From: a virus
Virus record (IMG/VR): IMGVR_UViG_3300007609_000010
Location: 1-64,000 of that record
Reading direction: 5' to 3' (one strand)
Length of the DNA: 64,000 nt
Of the stretch, positions 40,204 to 49,864 are shown one piece after another (positions within the stretch are counted from its first letter, which is position 1; each line of letters opens with the position of its first letter). A program made the position numbers and the translations under genes. The notes beneath the pieces were generated by a model. The model ran no database searches. It was not told the DNA's origin and was given only the letters and a program-made list of their open reading frames with translations.

Positions 40204-42102
40204 ATGAGTTATCAACTTAACAAAACAGACGGTAGTATATTAGTAGACCTCATAGATGGAAAGATAGATACTTCCAGTACTAACTTGGCATTGGTTGGTA
40301 GAGGTTACAGAGGGTACGGCGAAGTATTCAACGAAAACTTTATTAAACTATTAGAAAATTTTGCCAACACTGCCGCACCTAGCAATCCGCTAGCTGGACA
40401 GATATGGTGGGACACTGCTACAGACAAGCTAAAAATTTATACAGGAACCCAGTGGAAGTCGAACGCAGAACCTTATGTTCAGGCAACTGAGCCCTCAGAA
40501 TTATTAAACGGAGAATTTTGGTTTAACAATAGAGATAAGCAACTATTCTTTTCGGATGGAGGAAATCCAGTCTTAATTGGACCTAGCTATACAACTAGCC
40601 AAGGTAAAAGTGGCCTGTTTATTGAAAACATTACCAGTATTGATGCTCGAACTTTTCCTGTTGTCAAGCTGTTTATAGGCGGAATTGCAGTAGGAGTATT
40701 CAGTGACAACGAATTTACTCCTGATGTAACACAGCGTGTTGAAGAATTAGTTACAGATCAAAACCCGCAGGGTATTATATTCAAAGGTTTTAACGTTTTT
40801 GATAAAGATAATTTCCGTTATGTAGGCACAGCTGAAAGTGCAACCAAAATACTACAAGCAGACGGAACATTTGTAACAGCAGATCAAATTGTGCGTGCAG
40901 ACCAGAATACTTTAACGACTGGTAACTTTGAAGTTCGTAATCAAAATGGCATTGTGTTTTCAACACCTGCCAGCACGTATGTAAATATGCGTCCACAGGG
41001 TGCAAATTTCTTTATTGAAAACCAATTAGCAAACTCTGATCTTGCATTACGAGTGAGATCTTCAGCCTTTCAAGGCAGCATAGTCAACGGTATATATATT
41101 GATGCCAGCGAAGGTAGAGTGGGAATATTTAACAACAATCGTCTGCCAGCATATACTATGGACGTTGAAGGCGACATGCGAGTGACAGGCAACTTACTGG
41201 TAGAAGGTGAGCAGTTATCTGTGGAAGTAACAACCTTGCAGGTATTAGACAAAAGTATTAAACTTGCTGTTACAGCAGACGGCGATGCAGAAGATGACGC
41301 TGTGGCCGCAGGCGGTGGTGTCATTCTTAGATCTGACGATGGCGATAAGACTATTACATGGGAACTTCCTACAAATTCATGGACATTTAACAAAAGCGTT
41401 GATTTAAGCGATGCTGGCACTCACTTGTCTATTGCAGGGAGCACAAAGCTTACTGACAATACTTTAGAAAACATTGCATTTGCCGAAGACCTAGTTCGGA
41501 TAGGAACATTAGAATTTCTAAATGTAGATGCTTTAACCCTAGACGGCAACAAGATTTCTGCCGCAACTACTATGACTGTTGAGTCTAATGCCGCAGACGG
41601 TAACGGCTTCAGTTTGTTCTTAGATCTAGCAGGAAACGTAAGATTTACAACTCCTAGACAGATTAAAAATGTTTTAGAACCAGAGCTAGCAGGCGACGTA
41701 TCAAATAAAAAGTATGTTGATGACAGTATTCTGCAAAGTCCTATCGTTTTAACATTTGATGTAACAGGGTTAGATGTCCAAGCAGGATTCTTACAGACAC
41801 TGGCAGGATTCATTGACGATCTTGTTCCGGCTGATGCTGAAAATATCGGAAAAATAGCAAGAATTCATACTTACAGCTATTCAGATGTTGAGATTAATAT
41901 CGAAGCGGCTAAAAATGTTTCCACGGTGGCTGTAGATGCTAATGGTACACTAAATCAACCAGTTGTGCGAGACATTGCATTTAGTAATATTCAATTTGCT
42001 AATCCAGACAGACAATTACTAGAATATCGAGTAGAACTGGTAGATCCAGGAACAGGAATACCGATTCCTCAGTGGACGCACCAAGACACAACTAGTTACT
42101 AA
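40204..42102 (+). CDS. Tail fibre / baseplate protein (paralogue)
   Basis: Same N-terminal module (GYGEVFNENFIKLLENFAN...GQIWWD), fibre-like beta repeats and NKKYVD. Confidence 0.7.
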   Translation: MSYQLNKTDGSILVDLIDGKIDTSSTNLALVGRGYRGYGEVFNENFIKLLENFANTAAPSNPLAGQIWWDTATDKLKIYTGTQWKSNAEPYVQATEPSELLNGEFWFNNRDKQLFFSDGGNPVLIGPSYTTSQGKSGLFIENITSIDARTFPVVKLFIGGIAVGVFSDNEFTPDVTQRVEELVTDQNPQGIIFKGFNVFDKDNFRYVGTAESATKILQADGTFVTADQIVRADQNTLTTGNFEVRNQNGIVFSTPASTYVNMRPQGANFFIENQLANSDLALRVRSSAFQGSIVNGIYIDASEGRVGIFNNNRLPAYTMDVEGDMRVTGNLLVEGEQLSVEVTTLQVLDKSIKLAVTADGDAEDDAVAAGGGVILRSDDGDKTITWELPTNSWTFNKSVDLSDAGTHLSIAGSTKLTDNTLENIAFAEDLVRIGTLEFLNVDALTLDGNKISAATTMTVESNAADGNGFSLFLDLAGNVRFTTPRQIKNVLEPELAGDVSNKKYVDDSILQSPIVLTFDVTGLDVQAGFLQTLAGFIDDLVPADAENIGKIARIHTYSYSDVEINIEAAKNVSTVAVDANGTLNQPVVRDIAFSNIQFANPDRQLLEYRVELVDPGTGIPIPQWTHQDTTSY

Positions 42103-42107
42103 TAAGA

Positions 42108-42113
42108 TAAATA
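42108..42113 (+). promoter_or_regulatory. Late promoter core TAAATA
   Basis: Intergenic gaTAAATAta, followed by an AGGGG RBS. Confidence 0.55.
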
Positions 42114-42140
42114 TACTATACAACAGGGGTTTAAAACAAA

Positions 42141-43670
42141 ATGGCTTATCAAATTGATAGATTCGACAATTCATTGCTAGCAGTTGTAGAAGACGGAACG
42201 CTTGATCAAACCACTAACCTTAAGCTAATTGGTAAAAATTATGCAGGTTATGGCGAAATTCAAAATGAAAATTTTCTTTTTCTTTTAGAAAATTTTGCAG
42301 GCGGCAATCCTCCTACACGAGCAATTAGAGGGCAAGTGTGGTATGATACTACACAAAATAAATTAAAATATTTTGTAGCAGAAGATGCCGCGGCACCTGG
42401 TATAGGATATTGGAAAAGCACAGGCGGATCATCTGTATCTGCTACAGAGCCAACTGGTCTGTCAGAAGGAGATTTCTGGTGGGATAGTGTAAACGGACAA
42501 CTGTATGTTCTTGATGCTGCAGGTAATTTTGTTCTTGTAGGACCGCAAACAGCGGGCACCGGTGTCACTAGCATGATCAGTGACGAAGTTCAGGACAGTG
42601 TAGGCACAGTGCGCAGTATTATCAAAGCTGTAGTAAATGACGAAGTTGTATACATTATTAGCCCTAGTGAGTTTACCTTAAACGAATTAACCCCTATTCC
42701 AGGTTACGATAGAATTAGAAAAGGTCTTACTTTAAAGTGGACTAAAATTCTTGACAATGGCGTAACCAACAGAATCAATGAAACAGATAAAGATTTTGAA
42801 TTCCACGGAACTGCATCTAATGCAGAAAAACTAGGCGGAGTTGATGCAAATCAATATGTTCTAAAGAATGCAGTAAGCTTTACTGGTGCTGTAAATTTTG
42901 AGGATGCTGGCCTTACTGTAGGTGACGGCAATGATTTGCGCATTTATGTTGAAAATGATAATAAAGCTGTTCTAGAAAATCAAACTGGCGCCAGTAGTGA
43001 AATCAGAGTTAAAACTACAAATACATCTGGTGTAACTGTTCATACATTTACGTTTGATAATAATGGGTTAATTCCTAATGCAGATAACGCAGTTGATCTT
43101 GGCGCATCTGGCAAGCGTGTAAAAGATATTTATGCAGTAAGATTGCGTGGCGAAGCAGACCAAACTCAATTCTTAAAGACTGCTAATGCAGATACTGCAA
43201 CAAATGGATATCTGCCAGGCGATGTACAGGCATTAGCGAACACAGTAGCTGCAAGAGACGGCGACGGCAATATAAGAGCAAATTTATTTGTAGGTACAGC
43301 TACCCAAGCACGGTTTGCTGACTTAGCAGAAAATTACACCACGGGCGAGGAATTGCCAGTCGGAACAGCAGTAGCAGTGTGCAGTCATCTAGATCACGAA
43401 GTTCATCCTGCAAAAGCGAGTGATCTATGTGTTGGTGTTATCTCTGCACACCCTGCATATTTAATGAACGCAGAAGCAGAAGGGCAAGCAGTTGGTTTAA
43501 AAGGTCGTGTACCAGTAAGGGTAAACGGACCCGTTTCAAAAGGTATGGCAGTTTATGCATACGAAAACGGCGTGTGTTCTACTATAGCAAGCGCCGCTTT
43601 AGTAGGAATAGCATTGGAGACAAATCAAGACGAGGGCGAAAAACTAGTAGAATGCATACTTAAAGTATAA
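42141..43670 (+). CDS. Tail fibre protein with C-terminal intramolecular-chaperone (peptidase G2-like) domain
   Basis: Shared N-terminal module; C-terminal ADLAENY...GVISAHPAYLMN...VGLKGRVPV. Confidence 0.75.
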   Translation: MAYQIDRFDNSLLAVVEDGTLDQTTNLKLIGKNYAGYGEIQNENFLFLLENFAGGNPPTRAIRGQVWYDTTQNKLKYFVAEDAAAPGIGYWKSTGGSSVSATEPTGLSEGDFWWDSVNGQLYVLDAAGNFVLVGPQTAGTGVTSMISDEVQDSVGTVRSIIKAVVNDEVVYIISPSEFTLNELTPIPGYDRIRKGLTLKWTKILDNGVTNRINETDKDFEFHGTASNAEKLGGVDANQYVLKNAVSFTGAVNFEDAGLTVGDGNDLRIYVENDNKAVLENQTGASSEIRVKTTNTSGVTVHTFTFDNNGLIPNADNAVDLGASGKRVKDIYAVRLRGEADQTQFLKTANADTATNGYLPGDVQALANTVAARDGDGNIRANLFVGTATQARFADLAENYTTGEELPVGTAVAVCSHLDHEVHPAKASDLCVGVISAHPAYLMNAEAEGQAVGLKGRVPVRVNGPVSKGMAVYAYENGVCSTIASAALVGIALETNQDEGEKLVECILKV

Positions 43671-43680
43671 GGAATAGTTT

Positions 43681-44760
43681 ATGGCCGTCGGAGATTTAGT
43701 TACAGCATCAAGGTTTAACCTTCTACAGAATAGAATCGCAGGAATTCTAGGCTTTGGAGCAGGGTCGAACGGTTATGGCCAAGGATTGTCAGGTTATGGA
43801 GGAGCTGTAGCCAGTGCAGAAGTATCAAATATCACAGATACTCTAAATAATACTATTACTGCGCAGAATATTAATGATCTTTATATTGATCTACTTAGAG
43901 CTCGTATCCATCAAATTGGAACTGCTAATGTAGAAATAAAGCAAATTGTTGATAATTTGCTTACAGATGATAGAGACGTTTTACTTAAAAAAGATCTTAA
44001 CACTGTTGCTGAGGAAACAAGTGTGTTTGTCGATCAACAAGGCAACGAAAGTGTAGATCCTTTAGGAAATTTCAAAGGCTTTGCAGATTTTGAAGCACTA
44101 ATGGATCGTGTAGAAAGTAACAAGTTTGTTATGCATTCTACACAAGGACAATACGATCAAGGTGCTGAGAGCGTTAGAACAGCTACATGGAACACACAAG
44201 TGGCTCATGAAGTTAAAGTTACTTTTAGAAATGCAGACCATAGACGACATTTTTTCAATTCCGGTGGTGAAATTAGATTGAATCCAACTTTGGACAATCC
44301 TCTTAACTCAAAAGCAGATGACTGGGCAGGGCTCTTGTATACTGCAGGCGTTATTATCTTTAATTATAATGGAACCCGTAAAAAAGAAGTGAGTGCATCT
44401 GTATATGGCTCACTATATTCGCAAATAATTCCGCCGCAGGAGTTTGGTGTGGGAAATTTGTCAGTAAACAGCAGTTATCAACTTTGTTTCAGAAAAACCA
44501 GTAATTCTATCAACGACGCAGGAATTTATTCAAGTAATGCACTAGAAATATATGCTAAAGAAAACAGCGATAGAGAGTTACAATTTAGAATTTTACTTAA
44601 TGATTCGTCTGCAGATCCTATTATTGATAACTTAGTGCAAGGAACAGTTACAAGCAGAATCGGACACTTCCGTGCAAAAGGCAATTTTACCCAAAGTGAC
44701 GACCTTTTCCTTAATATTGAAGTTCCTCCCCCACTTTATCAAAATGTTTCAAACCTGTAA
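43681..44760 (+). CDS. Virion structural protein
   Basis: RHFFNSGGEIR motif; paralogue of the next gene. Confidence 0.6.
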   Translation: MAVGDLVTASRFNLLQNRIAGILGFGAGSNGYGQGLSGYGGAVASAEVSNITDTLNNTITAQNINDLYIDLLRARIHQIGTANVEIKQIVDNLLTDDRDVLLKKDLNTVAEETSVFVDQQGNESVDPLGNFKGFADFEALMDRVESNKFVMHSTQGQYDQGAESVRTATWNTQVAHEVKVTFRNADHRRHFFNSGGEIRLNPTLDNPLNSKADDWAGLLYTAGVIIFNYNGTRKKEVSASVYGSLYSQIIPPQEFGVGNLSVNSSYQLCFRKTSNSINDAGIYSSNALEIYAKENSDRELQFRILLNDSSADPIIDNLVQGTVTSRIGHFRAKGNFTQSDDLFLNIEVPPPLYQNVSNL

Positions 44761-44779
44761 TCTTTGGTAGTTATTTCTT

Positions 44780-44787
44780 TATAAATA
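44780..44787 (+). promoter_or_regulatory. Late promoter TATAAATA (full T4 consensus)
   Basis: Intergenic TATAAATA upstream of the AAGGA RBS and the ATG at 44806. Confidence 0.65.
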
Positions 44788-44805
44788 AATTACCAAAGGA
44801 ATTTT

Positions 44806-46269
44806 ATGAGCCAGCGTGTCACTGCACAAAAATATAATAATCTCCAACAGCGAATTGCCGCAATTTTAGGAAATTCGTCGGGCTCTACACCTCTTACAGG
44901 ATATGGGCAAAATGTTGAAAGTACCGTGCATTACCCAGTTCAAGCTGATGTATCTAAAATAACTGCTAATCAATATAGAGATTTATATATAGATTTAGTT
45001 AGAGCAAGAGTCCATCAGATTGGATCTTCTAATTTTAACATAGACGACTTTGTATCTAACACGGCTAAAGGAATTAGCAGGGCAGATAAAGTTGAACTTT
45101 CATATATAAACAGTTTAGAAAGTTTAATGACAACCATAGAAAATGATAAATTCGATGTGCACGGTACACAGATTAATTTAGAATTATTTGATCCTTTAGG
45201 GCGGGGATACACTGACAGACGAGTTAGTAGCTGGAACACTGAAATTACTCAAGTATTCAGAATATCGTGGGGATCAACATCGGCTAGAAATCATTTCTTT
45301 AACGCAGGCGGCGAAATTAGAATGCAAATATCGCTTACAAACGGTTCTGGTGGTAAAGCTAGTGATTGGGCAAACTTGTTTCAAACAGCCGGAACAGTCC
45401 GTTTTGCTCAAAATCAAGTATTTGCATCTAGCGGGCTGACAAGCCTAACCGGTAACAGAGTCCTTACACAATTGTCGCCTGGATTTCATACAATATATAG
45501 TAAAAGGAGTAATTCTGTAAGCAACAGCGGAGCGTATTCCCAAAATATCATGAGAATTAATGCACGCAATATAAATTCCGCTACTATTGAATTTGAGCTA
45601 ATATTTAATGACCTCGCCGGCGACAACAATATTGATAATTTAGTCATAGGAACAGTATCTACTTCTATACAAAGTGCAACTCCATTTGGCTCGGTTGTAA
45701 TAGACGGTCAATCTTATCCTACTGTGCAATTGCCTGCACCGATCTATAGTGGTATCACTAGTATAAGCGATGGCACTGCAACTATAGAAACCCCACCGCC
45801 TGCACCGGTATATGATCCTGCAGGAACATTTTTGGGTGATTTTTGTCAAGGATTTGATTTAGTAGGTACATATGCAGACGGCTCTGGCGGAACATATACG
45901 CAGACTATCGAATCTAACAGTGCTAGTTGTGGTTACGAACCCCCTTGCCAAAATCCACCTAACATCACTGCTTCAAGAGGTACTTACGCACAAGACAGCA
46001 GAATTATTTGGAGCAATGGAAGAGATTCGGGTTATTTAGACATGCTGATTACTCCTTTTGATAGTCGAGGCGCCACAATAAAAGGATGGTACTTGACTTA
46101 TTTAGGACGTGATGCCGACTGGGATGGTTGGAATTATTGGTATGACGAATGGGATATATACGGCGAAAGCGGCACCTTAACAGCGTTCTTAAATGCGGTG
46201 GCAATAGAACAGCAGTACGGCACTCCTACAGTATATACCTACTGTGAGTATCAAGATCTCATATCATAA
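44806..46269 (+). CDS. Virion structural protein with C-terminal Cys-containing and DUF4214-like extensions
   Basis: Paralogue of the upstream gene (NHFFNAGGEIR), with a Pro-rich linker and YLTYLGRDADWDGWNYW. Confidence 0.6.
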   Translation: MSQRVTAQKYNNLQQRIAAILGNSSGSTPLTGYGQNVESTVHYPVQADVSKITANQYRDLYIDLVRARVHQIGSSNFNIDDFVSNTAKGISRADKVELSYINSLESLMTTIENDKFDVHGTQINLELFDPLGRGYTDRRVSSWNTEITQVFRISWGSTSARNHFFNAGGEIRMQISLTNGSGGKASDWANLFQTAGTVRFAQNQVFASSGLTSLTGNRVLTQLSPGFHTIYSKRSNSVSNSGAYSQNIMRINARNINSATIEFELIFNDLAGDNNIDNLVIGTVSTSIQSATPFGSVVIDGQSYPTVQLPAPIYSGITSISDGTATIETPPPAPVYDPAGTFLGDFCQGFDLVGTYADGSGGTYTQTIESNSASCGYEPPCQNPPNITASRGTYAQDSRIIWSNGRDSGYLDMLITPFDSRGATIKGWYLTYLGRDADWDGWNYWYDEWDIYGESGTLTAFLNAVAIEQQYGTPTVYTYCEYQDLIS

Positions 46270-46270
46270 T

Positions 46271-46299
46271 TTGACATTTAATGTTTTGTTTGCTATAAT
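46271..46299 (+). promoter_or_regulatory. Consensus sigma70 promoter with extended -10
   Basis: TTGACA (46271-46276), N17, TATAAT (46294-46299) preceded by TGc; AGGAG RBS before the ATG at 46324. Confidence 0.85.
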
Positions 46300-46323
46300 T
46301 AATTATAATTATAGGAGACTAAA

Positions 46324-46674
46324 ATGGACGAACGTCTATCAAAAGCGTTAGAGTTTGCAAACTACTCAGTCACAATTAATAATCAAAAAAGAATTCTAAA
46401 AGAAAAGTTTTTTGAAGATCTTGTATACTTTATTCAAGGAAGTCAATTCACAATTACCAAAGAACTAATTAACTTTGTGTCCTTTCTAGTGGAAAAAGGA
46501 TACACCCAAGATATTGTGTTGGTCGACGACAATGATCTTCCTACATCAATTAAGGACCTAGAAGACTTTCAGGATAATATTCTTGATCAATATTTCCAAG
46601 CATCAAACACATACCACGAAAAGTATTTAGAATTATCAAAAAAAAGAAGCGTAGAGAAATTAGTAGATGAGTAA
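46324..46674 (+). CDS. Hypothetical protein, first gene of the modification operon
   Basis: 116-aa ORF with a strong RBS; overlaps the next gene. Confidence 0.75.
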   Translation: MDERLSKALEFANYSVTINNQKRILKEKFFEDLVYFIQGSQFTITKELINFVSFLVEKGYTQDIVLVDDNDLPTSIKDLEDFQDNILDQYFQASNTYHEKYLELSKKRSVEKLVDE

Positions 46675-47512
46675 GGGTGTAGTCCTAATAGCTAATAATA
46701 ATGGACATATAGACTACGTTAAGCAAGCAGTCTTTCTGTCACATCGAGTAAAACAATATTTAAATCTTCCTGTAACAGTTATTACAGACTCGCCAAATTA
46801 TCTAAAAAATAATTTCGACACAGATCATCTCGACCAAATAATCACAATAGATTACAAAGAAACTACTAATAAGCGGTTCTACTTCGACGGAGCAATGTCG
46901 CATAAAACTCTACAATTTAAAAATCAATCAAGAACATTGTGTTACTTCCTGTCGCCCTATGATAAAACTTTGGTAATGGATACTGATTATATTATATGCA
47001 ATGACGTTTTGTTAAAATGTTTTGACAGCAACAGTGATTTAATGTTGTATAGAAAGTCTTACGATATATCTAACATTCGAGACACACATGAATTTAAATA
47101 TGTTAGTGATCAAAGCATAATATTTTATTGGGCTACAGTATTATATTTTACAAAAAACAGTAAGAATGATGCATTTTTTGGGTTAATTGACCATATTCAA
47201 GAAGAATGGCATCATTATAGAAAAACATATCAAATTTCAAACTCGATGTTTAGAAATGATTTTGCATTCAGTATTGCTTTGCATATTATGAGAGGGTTTG
47301 AAAACAGCACAGAAATTGCCGACGAACTCCCAGGCAAACACTTCTATACCGCCGATAAAGATATTTTGTGGAAATTAAATGATGATAAAATGATGTTCCT
47401 GGTAGAAAAGAAAGATTATGTTGGGGAATATACTCCAGTCTCGACCCAAGGTATGAACGTGCATGTTATGAATAAGTTTAGTTTAGAAAGATGTATGGGG
47501 AACGTTAAATGA
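46667..47512 (+). CDS. GT-A fold glycosyltransferase-like protein
   Basis: SPYDKTLVMDTDY (DxD motif), RNDFAFSIA. Confidence 0.7.
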   Translation: MSKGVVLIANNNGHIDYVKQAVFLSHRVKQYLNLPVTVITDSPNYLKNNFDTDHLDQIITIDYKETTNKRFYFDGAMSHKTLQFKNQSRTLCYFLSPYDKTLVMDTDYIICNDVLLKCFDSNSDLMLYRKSYDISNIRDTHEFKYVSDQSIIFYWATVLYFTKNSKNDAFFGLIDHIQEEWHHYRKTYQISNSMFRNDFAFSIALHIMRGFENSTEIADELPGKHFYTADKDILWKLNDDKMMFLVEKKDYVGEYTPVSTQGMNVHVMNKFSLERCMGNVK

Positions 47513-48924
47513 GTAGAGGTTTTTTGGTACTAGCACAAAATAGTGTTAACAAAGATTTCAACATTAAACCAGTGCATTACCTAAATGAAGAGTACACTGG
47601 AGTTTTTGTAGATGTTTGGTATAAAGAACTAGCACACACAAAAGGACAACATGTTTATTATAACGGAACTGTTTATAAAGTTAAGGAAACCTGTTTACCA
47701 AATACCGATTTTGACAAAAGTAAGTACGAAATATTAGTAAAAGACGTGAGACTTATTGATGATAAAAATAAACAGTTAGAATTTCATCGAGCATTCAAGG
47801 ACGACATTGTACTAGATAATAATAAATTATATTCAGTACAAAAAGTAGATGACGAAGTTGATTACGCTCTTACTCCAATACATGAAGATAAACACATTGA
47901 TATTTGGTACAAAGACACAGAATATGAAAAAGGATCTTTTGTATGGTGCAATAACACTGTATATGAATTATTAGAATCTGTAAAGGGCGATACAGCACTT
48001 TCACAAGTTCACAAGAAAGTTGCGCATGAAAATATTTTGTTATATGCCGACAATAATAAATCCTTATTTTTTTCAGATCCGAGGAAAAGTGCAACAGTAT
48101 TGTATTATAATAAATTAAATATTCTTACCCCAGTTTGTGTAGAAAACTACGTGCAACAAGCATGTCTTCTAGCCAGCACGTTAAAAAAACATTGTCCCGA
48201 AGAAAAAATATCAATTGTTACAAATGACGAAGTTCCTCCTAAACAAAAAAAATTGTTTGATAGGATAATTCCTATCCCATTCGGTGACGACGCAACTGAG
48301 TCTGCTTGGAAGGTCGAAAACAGATGGAAACTCTATCATTGTAGTCCGTACGAAAAAACCATAGTTATGGATTCAGATATGATAATATTAGAAGATATAA
48401 CTAGGTGGTGGAAGTATTTAGAAAAGTATAAGTTATTCTTTACGTCTAACGTACAAACATATAGACAAGAAACTGTGCAAGATAATTATTATAGAAAAAC
48501 ATTTATAAAAAATAATCTTCCTAACATTTATACTGGTTTGCATTATTTTGAAAAATCCGAGCTTCCAGAAAGATTTTATAACTATTTGGAGACTGTTTGC
48601 AAGAATTGGGAAGAATTTTATTCTAAGTTCCTACCTAACAACACTCCTCCCAGATTGAGTATAGATGTTGCATCTGCACTAGTAGTAAAAATACTAGATA
48701 TAGAAAATCAAGTTACATCTACAAATTCAAATGTCACTTTTACACATATGAAGTCATTTGTGCAGAATTGGAGATCACCTACAGAAAGCTGGCAACAATC
48801 GGTATCTGTGTACATACCGGAAAATCTTCAGCTTAAAATAGGAAATTATGTGCAACGTGGGGTATTGCATTATACAGAAAATAGTTTTGTAAACAACAGC
48901 GGTATTGAAAATTTATATGGATAG
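47509..48924 (+). CDS. GT-A fold glycosyltransferase-like protein with two inserted ~90-aa repeats
   Basis: SPYEKTIVMDSDM (DxD). Paralogue of the upstream gene with an insertion between FLVLAQNS and NYVQQA. Confidence 0.7.
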   Translation: MSRGFLVLAQNSVNKDFNIKPVHYLNEEYTGVFVDVWYKELAHTKGQHVYYNGTVYKVKETCLPNTDFDKSKYEILVKDVRLIDDKNKQLEFHRAFKDDIVLDNNKLYSVQKVDDEVDYALTPIHEDKHIDIWYKDTEYEKGSFVWCNNTVYELLESVKGDTALSQVHKKVAHENILLYADNNKSLFFSDPRKSATVLYYNKLNILTPVCVENYVQQACLLASTLKKHCPEEKISIVTNDEVPPKQKKLFDRIIPIPFGDDATESAWKVENRWKLYHCSPYEKTIVMDSDMIILEDITRWWKYLEKYKLFFTSNVQTYRQETVQDNYYRKTFIKNNLPNIYTGLHYFEKSELPERFYNYLETVCKNWEEFYSKFLPNNTPPRLSIDVASALVVKILDIENQVTSTNSNVTFTHMKSFVQNWRSPTESWQQSVSVYIPENLQLKIGNYVQRGVLHYTENSFVNNSGIENLYG

Positions 48925-49864
48925 TCTTAAGTCGGTTCTTGAAACCATTAGTAAAAGCATTAATAAAACAAATATAAATTTTGTTTATTATGATAACAAC
49001 ACTGGTGAAATAAAGCGTATCACAAATAACTATGAAGAAACTGATGATCTTGTTTGTATAGAAGTTCCGCATGATACTGTTAAAGATATAATTACTGGAT
49101 TACATAGAATCGAAGATTATGTTGTATCCTACGACAAGGAAACTAAAAGCGTATCTGTAAAACACAAAGACGTAATTAAAGACAAAGTAAATTATTTCTT
49201 TCAAGTTCAAAAGCAGACAATCAATAAAAACGATTATGAAAGACACGTAAAAAACAAAGATAATGTGTATGATGGACAGATTCCTATCTATCAGGATATA
49301 TTTGTTGATGTTTGGTATAATGAACTTGAACATTATGCAGGACAACATGTTTGGTATAATAATTCTGTTTATAAAATTAAACAATATCAAGAAGCAAACA
49401 CGGACTTTAAACGATCAAATGCTGATGTACTTTTAGAATACGTAAAACTCTTTAATGATAAAAATAATGATTTGTTTTTTGACAAAAACATAGAAGGTGG
49501 TGATAAGTTCCTTTCTTTTAACAAGTTGTATCTATATAAACAAAGTCTTCTTGACACCGATGTTGACATGTTAATTATTCAGCATTTACAAGATTCAAAA
49601 TGGAAAATATTTTTGTCTGAAAAAGTATTCAAAACATTGAAAGAGTTATATCGATCTGAAAATAGCTATGAGATGAAGTTGAGTATAACAGCTAATAATG
49701 ATCCGAATATTCTTTATAGGAGTTTAGAACTAAATGTAAACGACTTGATAGTTTCAAAAATAGTCGAAATACCATTCGAATATGACTGGGAAAAGAATGG
49801 AAAAAGTGTAAGTATATTTGTTGACAAATATTTTGATTCGTACTTCTATGGAGTTGTTCAGTGA
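48917..49864 (+). CDS. Hypothetical protein carrying one copy of the same ~90-aa module
   Basis: IFVDVWYNELEHYAGQHVWYNNSVYK. The ATG at 48917 is preferred over the TTG at 48905. Confidence 0.65.
   Translation: MDSLKSVLETISKSINKTNINFVYYDNNTGEIKRITNNYEETDDLVCIEVPHDTVKDIITGLHRIEDYVVSYDKETKSVSVKHKDVIKDKVNYFFQVQKQTINKNDYERHVKNKDNVYDGQIPIYQDIFVDVWYNELEHYAGQHVWYNNSVYKIKQYQEANTDFKRSNADVLLEYVKLFNDKNNDLFFDKNIEGGDKFLSFNKLYLYKQSLLDTDVDMLIIQHLQDSKWKIFLSEKVFKTLKELYRSENSYEMKLSITANNDPNILYRSLELNVNDLIVSKIVEIPFEYDWEKNGKSVSIFVDKYFDSYFYGVVQ

Noticed and set aside
8593-45849. Many 60-150 aa antisense ORFs within structural genes
   Set aside because: Shadow frames of long sense-strand genes with no motifs or RBS.
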